A DNA stretch of 64,000 bases, taken from Leucoraja ocellata (lineage: Eukaryota). The DNA lies in contig JAWMAR010000203.1 in NCBI GenBank assembly GCA_036785375.1, forward strand, positions 3,534,001-3,598,000, in the 5' to 3' direction. Under the pieces are notes generated by a model. The model had not been told where the DNA came from. It saw only the letters and a list, made by a program, of their open reading frames with translations, and searched no databases. Of this stretch, positions 1-13,439 are shown one piece after another (within the stretch, counting starts at the first letter, position 1; every line of letters starts with the position of its first letter). The position numbers and the translations under genes were made by a program.

Positions 1-231
1 CCGCTAGAAGAGCCAGGTAGGAGGTCACATCCAAACCTAGTTTAACCTTCCAATGAGCCCAGGCTCTTAACCCCGTCAAAGGGATATGGTCCTATTCACC
101 AATGCGGCCCCCACCCGCCCATGTGCCGTGTGCATCTGAGCAGGATATGCAGTTCTCACCCCTTTTGAGACGCTAGAGGCTTTTTCTTCCCCAATGGAAC
201 CGCTGCCCAGGCAGCCAAACCTGGAATCTGG

Positions 232-1870
232 AATAGTTCCTGAGGATTGGAGGGTAGCTAATGTAACCCCACTTTTAAAAAGGGAGGGAGAGAGAAAACG
301 GGGAATTACAGACCAGTTAGTCTAGCATTTTCCCCACTATCGATGTTAGATTCAGTTATTAAAGATGGGATAGCAGCACATTTGGAAAGTGGTGAAATCA
401 TTGGACAAAGTCAGCATGGATTTATGAAAGGTCAATCATGTCTGAAAAATCTTATAGGATTTTTCGAGGATGTAACTAGTAGAGTGGATAAGGGAGAACC
501 AGTGGATGTGTTACAGCATCCCCCTTCCCATCAGAACTGCCCCCTCCATCGACTCCTTTAAGTCAAGACTAAAAACTTATATATACTCCCAAGCCTTTCC
601 TGAAGCCCACTGAGCGAGGGCTATATGTATATATGTATGTAGTTTGTTTGTTTATTCTTACAACAAATGTAAAGCACTTTGACCAACGAGAGTTGTTTTT
701 TTAATGTGCTATATAAATAAAAGTGACTTGACGACTTATATCTGGACTTTCAGAAGGCTTTTGACAAGGTCCCACGTAACAAATTAGTATGCAAACGTAA
801 AGCACACGGTATTGGGGGTTCAGTATTGATGTGGATAGAGAACTGGCTGGCAAACAGGAAGCAAAGAGTAGGAGTAAACGGGTCCTTCTCAGAATGGCAG
901 GCAGTGACTAGTGGGGTACCGCAAGGCTTAGTGCTGGGACCCCAGCTATTTACAATATATATTAATGATTTGGACGAAGAATTGAATGCAACATCTCCAA
1001 GTTTGCAGATGACACGAAGCTGGGGGGCAGTGTTAGCTGTGAGGAGGATGCTAGGAGGCTGCAAGGTGACTTGGATAGGTTGGGTTAGTGGGCAAATGCA
1101 TGGCAGATGCAGGATAATGTGGATTAATGTGAGGTTATCCACTTCAGTAGCAAGAACATGAAAGTAGACTATTATCTGAATGGTGGCCGATTAGGAAAAG
1201 AGGAGCTGCAACGAGACCTGGGTGTCATGGTACACCAGTCATTGAAAGTAGGCATGCAGGTACAGCAGGCAGTGAAGAAAGCGAATGGTATGTTAGCATT
1301 CATAGCAAAAGGATTTGAGTATAGGAGCAGGGAGGTTCTACTGGAGTATTGTGTAGTTTTAGTCTCCTAATATGCAAAAATACATTCTTGCCATAGAGGG
1401 AGTACAGAGAAGGTTCACCAGACTGTTTCCTGGAATGGTAGGACTTTCACATGAAGAAAGACTGGATAGATTCAGTTTGTACTCGCTAGAATATAGAAGA
1501 TTGAGGGGGGATCTAATAGAAACTTACAAAATTATTAAGGGGGTTGGACAGGCTAGATGCAGGAAGATTGTTCCCGATGTTGGGGAAGTCCAGAACAAGA
1601 GGTCACAGTATAAGGATAAGGGGGAAATATTTTAGGACCGAGATGAGAAAAACATTTTTCACACAGAGAGTGGTGAATCTCTGGAATTCTCTGCCACAGA
1701 AGGTAGTTGAGGCCAGTTTATTGGCTATATTTAAGAGGGAGTTAGATGTGGCCCTTGTGGCTAAAGGGATCAGGGGGTATGGAGAGAAGGAAGGTACAGG
1801 ATACTGAGTTGGATGATCAGCCATGATCATATTGAATGGCCGTGCAGGCTCGTTTCTGCACCTATTTTCT
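232..1870 (+). mobile_element. CR1 LINE, 5'-truncated RT plus 3' UTR, interrupted by an L2-like 3' fragment at about 515-735
   Basis: QHGFMKG, LDFQKAFDKV, GVPQG..LGP, frameshifted FADD region and (tttctatg)n tail. The insert splits the VDV/YLDF motif. Confidence 0.9.
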
Positions 1871-2099
1871 ATGTTTCTATGTTTTTATGTACGGGAAGGG
1901 TCACGTAAGTCTTTTAAAAGATGGGGGACGGGGGGGGAGAAGGGGTGAGCAGGGGGAGACGGCGTGGGGAGAAGGAGTGGTAACAACTTTTAAGAAGCCA
2001 GTGATACACGGCTGTGAAGCTCGGCAGACATTAACATTGGTTATCCTTGTTATCCTTGGTTCTGAAAACTAATGTTTGCGGTTTTTTTCCCAGTGAGCT

Positions 2100-2690
2100 A
2101 ATGAAATTCACCGGTCAGCACCGGCGACAACCTACGAGAACCTATGAGAACCTACGACCACCTGGCGACCCACTACCACTACACCTACGCCACGAGAATT
2201 CTCGCTACTCGGCATGAAGACTTCATATAACCATATAACAATTACAGCACGGAAACAGGCCATCTCGGCCCTACAAGTCCGTGCCGAACAATTATTTTCC
2301 CTTAGTCCCACCTGCCTGCACTCATACCATAACCCTCCATTCCCTTCTCATCCATATGCCTATCCAATTTATTTTTAAATGATACCAACGAACCTGCCGA
2401 CACCACTTCAACTGGAAGCTCATTCCACACCGCTACCACTCTGAGTAAAGAAGTTCCCCCTCATGTTACCCCTAAACATCTGTCCCATAATTCTGAAGTC
2501 ATTCTGGTCAATATGTTGAAAAATTAGCGGTGACCTGAATGAAGCCACGACTACCTCTGACAATGCGGGAACTCCTCACCTCCATGAAGGCGACTCACCG
2601 GCAACCACCCGCGAACATGTGGCAACCATGTGGCGACCACATAGTCTCCTGTAGTCGCCTAAAAAGTCGCCTAAGTGGAACAGGCCCATT
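2100..2690. mobile_element. Partial Harbinger-like MITE with a nested CR1 3' end (about 2226-2500, minus)
   Basis: Right end aagtggaacaggccc matches the GGCCTGTCCCACTT TIR family. The insert starts with the (ataaccat)n CR1 tail. Confidence 0.55.
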
Positions 2691-2950
2691 AGCGTCCTGT
2701 TCTCCTGCCTGATATAGTGGCCGTTGCCAAATACAAGTCCCACACTCATGATACATATGACATCTCCCTCGGTAATGCCGCAGCTCATCAAGTTGCCAAA
2801 GAAGCAACAGTCTCTAGACAGACGCTTGTGCAGCTTCTCAGCCAGCAGATGTCCAGCTCCCTCACACGGTGGTAGAGGCCCAGGGGACAGTAGAGGAGAG
2901 GGAAAGACAGCACTGGTTACACATAGGCTGCAGCAGGGATGCGAGTAAGA

Positions 2951-5108
2951 TTTAGAAACATAGAAACATAGAAAATAGGTGCAGGAGGAGGTCATTCGGC
3001 CCCTCGAGCCTGCATCACCATTTATTGTGATCATGACTGATCGTCCCCAATCAAAAACCCGTGCCAGCCTTCTCCCCATATGCCTTGACTCCACTAGCCC
3101 CTAGAGTATCTAACTCTCTCTTAAATCCATCCAGTGATTTGGCCTGCACTGCCCTCAGTGGCAGGGAATTCCACAAATTCACAACTCTCTGGGCGAAAAA
3201 GTTTTTTCTCACCTCAGTCTTAAATGGCCTCCCCTTTATTCAAAGACTGAGGCCCCTGGTTCTGGACTTCCCCAACATTGGGAACATTTGTCCTACATCT
3301 AGCTTGTCCAGTCCTTTAATAATTGTATATGTCTCTATAAGATAGCCCCTCATCCTTCTAAACTAGTGAATACAAGCCTAGTCTTTTCAATCTTTCCTCA
3401 TATGGCAGTCCCGCCATCCCAGGGATCAATCTCGTGAACCTACGCCGCACTGCCTCAATCACAAGGATGTCCTTCCTCAAATTAGGAGACCAAAACTGCA
3501 CACAATACTCCAGATGTTGTCTTACCAGAGCCCAATACAACTGCAGAAGAACCTCTTTACTCCTATACTGAAATCCTCTTGTTATGAAGGCCAACATTCC
3601 ATTAGCTTTCTTCACTGCCTGCTGTATCTGCACGCCAACTTTCAGTGACCGCTGTACAAGGGCATCTAGGTCTCGCTGTACCTCCCCCTTACCTAACCCC
3701 ATTGAGATAATAATCTGCCCCCTTGTTTTTGCCCGCCAAAGTGGATAACCTCACATTTATCTATATTATACTGCATCTGCATCTGTCCACTCACTCAACC
3801 TGACCAGGTCACCCTGCAACCTCCTAACATCCTCTTCACATCCTCATCCTCTTTCTTGAAAAGTGGGATAACATTAGCTATCCTCCAATCCACAGGAACT
3901 GATCCTGAATCTATTGAACATTGGAAAATGATCACCAATGCGTCCACTATTTCTAGAGCCACCTCCCTGAGGACCCTGTGGTGCAGTCCATCAGGCCCCG
4001 GGGATTTTTCATCATTCAGTCCCATTAGCCTACCCAATACTATTTCTCTCCTAATAAAAATTTATTTCAGTTCCTCGACCCCCTTAGATCCTTTGTCCTC
4101 CACTACATCTGGGAGATTGTTTGTGTCTTCCTTAGTGAAGACAGATCCGAAGTACCTGTTCAACTCTTCTGCCATTTCCTTGTTCCCCATAATAATTTCA
4201 CCCGTGTCTGCCTTCAAGGGACCCACATTTGACTTTGCTACTCTTTTTCCCTTAACATATCTAAAGAAGCATTTACTGTCCATCTTTATATTCCTGGCCA
4301 GCTTCCCCTCGTACTTCATCTTTTCAGCCCGTATTGCCCGTTTTGTTTCCTTCTGTTATCCTATGAAAGTTTCCCAAGCCTCTGGTTTCCAGCTACTCTT
4401 TGCTGTGTTATACATCTTTTCTTTGAGTTTTATTCTATCCCTAACATCTCATCTCAGCCACGGTTGCCTCCTACTCCCCTTAGAATCTTTCTTCCTTTTT
4501 GGAATGAAATGATCCTGCGTCTTCCGGATTATGCCCAGGAATTCCTGCCATTGCTGTTCCACCGTCATTCCTGCTAGGATCCCTTTCCAGTATACCTTGG
4601 CCAGCTCCCCTCTCATGCCTTCATAGTCCCCTTTGTTCAGCTGCATCACTGACATTTCCAATTTAACCTTCTCCTTCTCAAATTGCAGATTAAAACTAGT
4701 CATGTTATGATCATTACTTCCAAGCGGTTTCGTAACCTTGAGTTCTCTTATCAAATTTGATTCATTGGACAACACTAAATCCAGAATTGCCTTTTCTCTG
4801 GTCGGCTCCATTACAAGCTGCTCTAAGAATCCATCTCGGAGGCACTCTACAAACTCTTTTTCTTGGGGTCCTGAACCAACCTGATTTTCCCAGTCTACCT
4901 GCATATTGAAATCCCCCATCACCACATTGGCATTACCTTTGTTACATGCCAGTTTTAACTCCTGCTGCAACTTACACCCCACATCTGGGCTACTAATTGG
5001 GGGTCTGCAGATAACACCAATTAGTGTCTTCTTGCCTTTGCAATTCCTCAACTCAATCCACAGTGACTCTACCTCGTCAGTCCCTATGCCTTCCTTCGCA
5101 AGGGACTA
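2951..5108 (-). mobile_element. CR1 LINE, internally deleted (endonuclease and RT remnants)
   Basis: Minus-strand ORFs with MGDFN, AILDLVL, SNDHN (APE), KSPGPDG, LEYCVQFWSP. (catagaaa)n tail at 2951. Confidence 0.9.
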
Positions 5109-5109
5109 G

Positions 5110-5640
5110 CGTCACCCCGATGGGAGAGTGGTTTGTCCCAGGGGTTTTCTCCATGCCCTTTGCCAGGTTAACACATAGGCAAGGATGTAGGAAAAGAGGG
5201 GATGATACATGATATATCCAGACAATATTTCACACCCGGAGTAGCGGCAATGGCATAAAGGATAACAGCCTCTTGCAGCATCTGTAGGCAGTACAATAGA
5301 GGGAAAACAACTGCAATATTTGACCATTTATCTTTACCCGGTGGGCCGTTCACAAATTTGCAGATCGATTTTGTACACATGCCCACTAGTGGAAGATTAA
5401 AATACCTATTAGTTATTGTGGACTTATTCTCTAAATGTGTTGAGGCCTTCCCCACCAGAAAGGATTATACTAGAAGTGCCTAATGAAGGATGTAATTCCC
5501 AGATTTTACAGGACGGATAGTTAAAGCCTAAGTGTTAGGATTTGACTGGAACCTACACATCCCATATCAGCCCCAATCCTCTGGGTTAGTGGAGGGAACT
5601 AATGGAATTGTGAAAAATAAGATGTCGGAGGCAAGGATTT
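5110..5640 (+). mobile_element. Endogenous retrovirus integrase fragment
   Basis: Hand translation: LTH..CSIC (zinc finger), PFTNLQIDFVHMP..KYLLVIVDLFSKCVEAFP..HIPYQPQSSGLVEGTNG. Contains stops and deletions. Confidence 0.8.
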
Positions 5641-5644
5641 GGAA

Positions 5645-5852
5645 ATAAGGCAATGAAGGCAAGACATTGAGGGTGAGGCACTGAAGGCAAGGCAATGAAT
5701 TTAAGTCAAGGCAGGGCAAGGTATTGAATGCAAGGCATGTTAAGGCATTGAAGGCAAGGCAAGTTAAGGCATTGACGGTAAGGCATAGAAGGAAAGGCAT
5801 TGAGGGCAAAGCATTGAAAGCAAGGCATTGAAAGCATTGAGGGAAAGGCATT
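5645..5852 (+). repeat. Degenerate purine-rich tandem repeat (gaaggcaaggcatt)n
   Basis: Repeated aggcaaggcatt / aggcattga units are visible. Confidence 0.8.
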
Positions 5853-5854
5853 TT

Positions 5855-7190
5855 TATTATGGAGAAGGACGAGGATTGAGGAGCTTGGGGCAATGAATGT
5901 CTTGAGAGCAGTCAGTATTACGGTCGAAGAGGTTCTGAATGTCCTGACGTATATGAAGGTAGATAATTCTCCCGGGTCTGATCAGATATGAGGACATTGT
6001 GGGAAGCTGGAGAGGAGATTGCGGAAGCCCCAGCTGAATATTACGAGTCGTCTTTAAATACAGGAGATGTGCCGGAAGACTAGAGGGTGGCAAATTATGT
6101 GCCTCTATTGAAGAAGGGCTGTAGGGAAAAGGCTAGGAAATATAGGCCAGTGAGCTTAACATCCATAGTTGAAAAGTTACTAGAGAGTATTCTGCGGGGC
6201 AAGATATACATGTATTTAGATGGAAAAGGGCTGATTAGGGAGTTTCAAAATGGTTTTGTTCATGGTAGTTTGTGCTTCACGAATCTGAGTTTTTGAAGAT
6301 GTTACCTAATAGGTTGATGAGGGCAGAGCTATAGATGTAGTAATTATGGGCTTCTGCAAAGCATTCAACAAGGTTCCGCATGGTAGGCTGCTCTGGAAGG
6401 TCAGATCACATGGGATCAGTGAGAGATACCTGAATGGAATGAGGGTGATGGTGGAAGGTTGCTTCTCAGAATGGAGGCCTGTGAGTAGTGGTGTGCCTCA
6501 GGGTTCATTGTGGCCCCATTACGTTTTGTCATCTATATCAATGATTTGGATGAGAACATACATGGAAAGTTTAGCAAGTATGCAGATGATATAAAAGTGG
6601 GTGGTTTTGCAGATAATGAAGATGCTAATTCGAATAGCACTGTACTTTAATTGGCATACATGACAATAAAAGACATTTGAAAACCTTTGGTGCTTCCTGG
6701 TGTGGGTGGGATGGAAACTAGTGCCATGGAGAGCTCGGCCTGTGGGATGTGGAACTCAGGAAGATGGTCAATGTCCTTGAGGACCACATCTGCAGGAAGT
6801 GCGTCCAGATGCAGTTCCTTAAAGACGGCGTTAGGGAACTGGGGCTGTGGCTGGATGACCTCAGGCTCATCCAGGAGAGTGGGCAAGTCATAGATAGTAG
6901 CTCTCAAGAAGTGGTCGCAGGCAGCTAAAGTACAGACAGAGAATAGATTGGTGACCACATGGAAAGAGAGTAGGAAAAGAGTTCAGGAATTCCCTGCGGC
7001 CATTCCCCTGCCAAACAGGTAACATTTTGGACATGGGGTGAGGTGGGTTACCATTCAGGAGAGAGCAGCAGCATCCATGTCTGTGGCACTAGCCCTGGAT
7101 CTGAGGCACAGCGGGGTAAGGTGAAGTCAGGCAGAGCAATAATGAGAAGGCACTCTATAGATAGGGGGACAGACAGGAGATTCTGTGGCA
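5855..7190 (+). mobile_element. Old CR1 fragments (RT part 5855-6625; ORF1-like part 6690-7190)
   Basis: PLLKKG..YRPVSLTSIV, KAFNKVPHGRL, GVPQGS. The second part has a CxxC-like ORF1 remnant. Confidence 0.75.
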
Positions 7191-7719
7191 GCCCGGGGTG
7201 CAGTGCTGCCGAAGCTCACTGGAGCGCTGCTCCGGCATCTCTGTAAAACAAAAGCCAAAATAAACAGCAGGGAACTTAACTATAGGGAAATTTAACAGAG
7301 TCCGCATATAAAGGGAATTTTATGGAAGCAAAGGTTGGGGTAGATAAGATAATAATTTACGTAAAGATCTTTAACTTCTTGTATATCTAAAAACTCAGCA
7401 GGATTTGAATAGATTTACTTACCATGTCATACCCGACGTGTCAGGATATTTTGAGTATCGACACCTACACTTCCTGTCCAAACATTTCTCCGACAAAAAC
7501 GGTACGAGGCAGGTTGCCAACCTACCGCTTTTGATTCTAATATTCTGCAATATCTGTGGCTTTATCAAAAGTTCATTAGACGTTCCTTTTTCATATTTGA
7601 TTACTTGGTAAGATGGTTCAAATTTAGGTGACTAAAATGCAAAAGAACATTTGCTTTATTTCAGTAAATTCTGTTATAACTGCAGCTTAGCAACACTGCT
7701 CTGACTCAGTCGCATTAGT

Positions 7720-7943
7720 AAAGGGCCTGACCCACTTGCACATCACGCAGATGGCGCGTGATGATTTTGTACATCACAAAATCCTGCAACGCTGCGCGTC
7801 ACTGCCTATGTCATCGTGCACCATGCGCGCGTAATGCGCACCATGCGCTCATCACGTGCATGTCACGATGCGCGCATCGTGCTTCGGGACGCGTAAATGA
7901 TGTTGCGTAAATTACGCGCAAATGACGGCCAAGTGGGCCCTTA
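7720..7943. mobile_element. Harbinger-like MITE
   Basis: Ends aagggcctgacccacttg and caagtgggccctt, CpG-rich interior, same family as 30951-31704. Confidence 0.65.
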
Positions 7944-8021
7944 GGCTACATTTGTGGTAGTCCGTGCCACTCCGTAGATCACTCTCTAATACTAGAGTTA
8001 ATTTTTCTCACTAACAATCCT

Positions 8022-8294
8022 ATGGCTTCTACACAAACAACATTAACTTCTTTCTTTCGTAAACAAGCTGAGGAGTGCAACAAGAATAATGTAAAAGAGA
8101 CTGATAATAGTAAAAGTGACAAAAGCTGTGTTTCACCTGCTTCTAGTTCAAACTTTCTAACCTGGTACAAATGTAGTTCTGAACATAATAATGTTTCAAA
8201 ATCAGGCTTGTATTCCTGTTCAGATGTTTGCACTGAAGAAATGAGAAAGAAAAAGAAAGAAACTTATCCCTGGTTATCCCCCAGCAAAACCTGA
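8022..8294 (+). pseudogene. Possible N-terminal remnant of a hAT-type transposase
   Basis: MASTQTTLTSFF...YPWL resembles the N-termini of hAT/ZNF862-like transposases. No catalytic domain follows. Confidence 0.3.
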
Positions 8295-8719
8295 AACTGA
8301 AACTTATCCACAAGCAAAACCTGAAATGACACCCGTTTGACAGCTCCGGCACCTAAAAAAATAGCACTGCAATACTGATCCTCTCCACATCCTCTTTAAA
8401 CCTTTCATTATTCTGTATGTTTCAATGATGCCCTCCCCACCCCTCATCCTGTAGAGGGAACCACAAATGTGGAGAAAGCAAGTGGGAAAGCAAGTGGGTT
8501 TTAAACTGGAGGGAAGGGGAGGGTGAAGTGATCAAAGTTTGTTGAAAGGGGAAAGGCCAACTAGTAAATCACTAATTACTAAAAAATGAAGATACAAGAA
8601 ACTGAAACTTACAACTAAAATGAAACCACAAAAATGTTCAAACTGTGCACAAATGCCACGATGGAGTGTCAAGTAGATGTGAACATATTCACAAGTGTGA
8701 TCTACTTTCATTAAAAATC

Positions 8720-9455
8720 TAGTTTAGTTTAGAGATACAATGCGGAAACAGGCCCTTCAGCCCACTGTCCATGCCGGCCACTGATCCCCTTACACTATCC
8801 TACACACCCGGGTCAATTTACAATTACTTGCCGAAGCCAATTAACCTACCATTCTTTGGAACGAGGGAGGAGACCAGAGCACCCAGAGAAAACCAACACC
8901 TTCATGGGGAGAAAATTCAAAATCCGTACAGAGCCACCGTAGTCAGGATTGAATCTGTGAGGCAACATCTCTACTGCTGCACCACCGTGCTGTCCCTATT
9001 TAGAAATATATTTATTTAGTTTAGATTGAACGAGTACAGACACTGAAGGGAATTCATTCCTATTGTTGAGACAACAAAGCCATTCTCACAATCTCCATTA
9101 CTATTTCTTTGTTGGGGTCTGAGGAACTGTATCAGATGAAATGTATCCATGAAGGTGAACATGGTGGTGCAGCAGAAGAGTTGTTGCCTCACTGCGCCAT
9201 AGACTGGGGATTGATCCTGACTACGGGTGCTGTCTATGTGGTGTTTGCACCTTTTCCCTGTGACAGTGTGGGTTTCCTCCTGGTGCTCCGGTTTCCTCCC
9301 ACATCCCAAAGACGTGCAGGTTTGTAGATTAATTGGCTTTGGTAAATTGTCTCTAGTTTGTAGGACAGAATGGGTAATCGCTGATCAGCGTGGAATCGGT
9401 TGGCTGAGGGTTTGTTGAAACGCTGTACCTCTAAACTACACTAAACTAAACTAAG
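8720..9455. mobile_element. Two tRNA-derived HE1-like SINEs in opposite orientation
   Basis: A/B-box head (ggtggtgcagc..gggattgatcctgac), gggtttcctcc..ccggtttcctcccaca core and (ctaaa)n tail. Confidence 0.7.
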
Positions 9456-9609
9456 CAAGAGGATAACTCTTTTTAAAACTACTATGTGTCTTGCTTAAGG
9501 GAATCATGGGAACGTCTTCTGTCCATTCCCTCCACAGATGATGCCGGACCCATTGAGTTCTTCCAACACTTTGTGTTTTGTTCAAGTTTCCAACATCTGC
9601 AATTATTTG

Positions 9610-12125
9610 TCAGAGTCATACAGTGTGGAAGCAGGTTCTTCAGACCAACTTGTTCACACCAACCAACATGTCCCATCTATACTAATCCCACCTACCTGCA
9701 TTTGGCTCATTATCCCTCTATACACCTGTCCTATCCATGTACCTGTCCAAATGCTTCTTAAATGTTGTAATACTACCAGCCTCAGCAGTTTGTTCCATAC
9801 ACCCATCAATCTCTTTGTGAAAACGTTCCTATTAAATCGTTCCCCTCTCACCTTAAACCTATGTCCTTTGGTTCTTGATTCCCCTGCTCTGGGTAAGAGA
9901 CACTGTGCATCTCTCTGATCTATTCCTCTCATGATTTTATACACCTCTATAAGAACAACCCTTGTCCTCCTGTGCTCTCAGGAATAAAGTCCTAGCCTGC
10001 TCACCCACCCCTCGAGTCCTGGCAACATCCTCTTAAATGGTCTATGCACCTTGTATCGCTCTTAAATGTGAATGTACGTACTTATAGCAGATTGTTTGAG
10101 GATATCGGTGGACTTATACACATAATGAACATCAAAATGATGCTCCATTATTTTCAAGTTCTATACTTAGCGACTGGTTTGATATGACAGGGTGTCTACA
10201 AGTGTATCCATCAGTGTTATCACATTAACATGGGAACAATTTGCATAAACTCTTGCTTTGGATTTGTACTACATTACATTAATTGTGAGAAAACGTATGA
10301 AGTTTGGAATTTATTTTATATTTGTTCATTAAAAAAATATTACCCAGGAAATTGCAATACATCTGGTAAATTATGTGGAATTACTGCATTGTATTAGGCT
10401 CACAAGCATTTGGTTTAAGAATTGCTAGTAGCAAATACAGCAGTGAACAAGGACCAAAGGCATGATGTGTGACTGTGTACAAGACATTGGTGAGGCCACA
10501 TGTGGAGTATTGGGATACTCCGGCACTTTGTGTTCTTTTGATTGTAGGAAGAATCGGTGGGCCCTGAATCCTTCCTGGCGATACGAAGAATGGAGGTACA
10601 AAGACACTGGGCACCTGTGGTGAAGATGAAATGATGGGGGTCTAGGAATTAGACCATATGATGAGTGTTTAACGGCACTGAGCTTGTACTCACTGGAATT
10701 TATTGAAACTTACCAAATAGTGAAAGGCTTGGATAGAGTGGATGTGGAGAGGATGTTTCTAGTACTGGGAGAGTCCAGGACTAGAGGTCATAGCCTAGAA
10801 TTATAGGATGTTCCTTTAGGAAGGAGATGAGGAGGAATTTCTTTAGTCAGAGGGTGATAAATCTGTGGAATTCTTTGCCACGTGCAGCTGTGGAGGCCAA
10901 GTCAATGGATATTTTTAAGGAGAGATGGATAGATTCTTGATTAGTATGGTTATGGGGAGAAGGCAAGAGAATGAGGTTAGGAGGGAGAGATAGATCAGCC
11001 ATGATTGAATGCTGGAGCAGGCTTGATGGACCAAATGACCTAATTCTGCTCCTATCACATGACCTTCTGAGAAGTGAGAAGCTATTGAAGAGTCAAAGAT
11101 CTTTGTGAGGAATCTCTGATGTAGTTCGGAAGGAACTGAATGGCGGAGGGGGGGACAAAATATAATAGAGGTGCGTCTGGTGGGACGGAGCAGGTAGAAC
11201 AAAGGAGTCTGCCAGGGCAGTCCAGGTTTGTGGATTTTGGGAATGGAGTCAGTGGAGGTCGGGCTTGAACTCTGGCCACTGGAGCCATGGGCATCCTTGA
11301 ACACTTTCTGTTTCTGATTCCTCTTCAGTGCGTCAGTGCAACAAAAGTAAAATAAATTACTCTGCAAAGATCATGCCACAGGAGAGAGTTGGTAGGAACA
11401 AGCAGTCAATGAATTCAATGATCTTTTATTTTCACATGTAACTTGGTGCAGTGAAATACTTTGTTATTGCATACAATACACAAAGCACACAAAGAGTCGC
11501 CACGTTCCTGATGCTAACAGTTACAAAAGTACTCATTGGAGTCATGTTGGTCTCTCATTGTTCTCGCCATTCCCCTGCCACTATGTCCCTCTAGGTTCTC
11601 TTGGCGGCCCCCATCCTCGCTAAGTCCTTCCTTCATCCCCCACAACCCCTGCTGGGTCCCTCCTTGTTCTCGGCACCCCACACCCTCCCCCGCTGGGTAC
11701 CTCAATGTTCTCGGTCCCCCCTCCACCCTTGCTGGGTCCTTCTTTGTTCCGTCATGGCCCAAATATGCTTGAACAGACAGAAACACAAATACAATCAGTG
11801 ATCAAGCAGTAATGTTTATTTCGCCAGGCAGGTATGATAAAAATATCTTCACAGTATGTTGATAACAGACTATACAGAGAAGTTCCACACAAAGTGATGA
11901 ATCTCTGGAACTCTCTGCCACAGAAGGTAGTTGAGGCCAGTTCAATGGCTATATTTAAGAGGGAGTTAGATGTGGCCCTTGTGGCTAAAGGGATCAGGGG
12001 GTATGGAGAGAAGGCAGGTACAGGATACTGAGTTGGATGATCAGCCATGATCATATTGAATGGCGGTGCAGGCTCGAAGGGTCGAATGGCCTACTCCTGC
12101 ACCTAATTTCTATGTTTATGTTTCT
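9610..12125. mobile_element. Cluster of CR1 3' fragments (9610-10050 minus; 10430-11065 plus; 11893-12125 plus)
   Basis: YKIMRGID..SRTKGHRFKV and VNLWNSLPQKVVEA C-terminal motifs, with CR1 3' UTRs. Confidence 0.8.
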
Positions 12126-12199
12126 AAAGGTTTTTGGTGGGGGGGGGGTTTGGTTTCTTGGTCCTCCAAAATATTCCAAATGGAATTTAAACTGGAGGT

Positions 12200-12600
12200 G
12201 GTTCCCCAACTCCCCCCTCCCCCACAACTCTCTCCCCCTCCCCTCTCTCCTCCCCTCCCGCACCCCTCTCTCCTCCCCCTCTCCCTCTCCTCCCACCCCC
12301 AACCCTCTCTCCCCCCCACCCCCTTCCCTCTCTACCCCAATCCCTTCCCTCTCTCCCTCAGCCCCCTACTCCTCTGTCCCTCTTCCACCACTCCCCCTAC
12401 CCCTCCCTCCCTACCCACTCTTCCACTTCTCTCCCCCCTCCCCCTCCCACTATCTCCCCACTCTCTCCCCTCCCCTCCCTCCACTCTTCCCCCTCCCTCA
12501 TCCCCTCCCTCCCCCATCCCTCCCCCCTCCTCTCTCCCCCATCCCTCTCTCCTCCCGTACCCCACCCCTCTCTCCTCCCCCTCTCTCTCTCCCTCTCCCT
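12200..12600 (+). repeat. C/T-rich low-complexity tract
   Basis: About 400 bp of (ctcccc)-like sequence, which produces spurious Pro/Gly-rich ORFs. Confidence 0.9.
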
Positions 12601-13439
12601 GCCTGCAGACATACACTATAATAATAAATAACAAAACATACAATAAACATAAATTAAACATCCACCACAGTGAGTTCACCAAGCACCTCCTCACTGTGAT
12701 GGAGGCAAAAATCTTAGTCTCTGTCTCTTCCCTCCTTGTTCCCCCTCTGCGCTGAGGCGATCGATCCAGGAACAATTACTTCAGTACATGTATATATACC
12801 CCTTTATTCGACGATTCAGCAATACGTTATCTATAGTTAGTACAGTCTCTTGCTTCTTAAGATTGACAGATCCTTAAGATTGACCGAATGAGAAGATTGA
12901 CAGCAGATTGACAGGGTCTTCTGACAGAGGATATTTTGGCCGAACAAGCTTTTAGTTTTTTCTACTTATGACGCACATCATAATCTTAGTCTGAATTCTC
13001 TCTCAATGTTTACATTGTAGAGGAGACATTCGTGAAACTTTGTGCTAGCTTTGTTAATGTACTGAAAGGCAAAGGTTAGTGCATTTCGCTGGCCTTGCAA
13101 TTTAATAGAAGCTTGTCTTAGTTTCAGCAGACTCCATTTTGTATCTTTAAATCATTATTAACTTCCAGTTTTCCACGGCCTGACCACCTCTCCGTGGCTC
13201 ATCTGTTGAGGGGTTTGTTCTGAGAATTTCCACTTGGTTTCCTTCTTATGTTGTGCAGTTATGCCTTCATGTTTCTGTCAGATGCAGTTGATCCCAGGAC
13301 TCTCCCTAAATTTCCTGTGCCTTTACTCCCTTCCCCCAGTGTGCACCCCTTTCTCCCACTAGCCCGCTCCCACCTTTCCTGTCACCATCCACCTATATCC
13401 CTCCCTGCGGCTTTACATTCCACTTCTCCACTTAGATTA

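Noticed and set aside
12037-12775. Long Pro-rich and Gly/Glu-rich ORFs
   Set aside because: Artefacts of the C-rich low-complexity tract.
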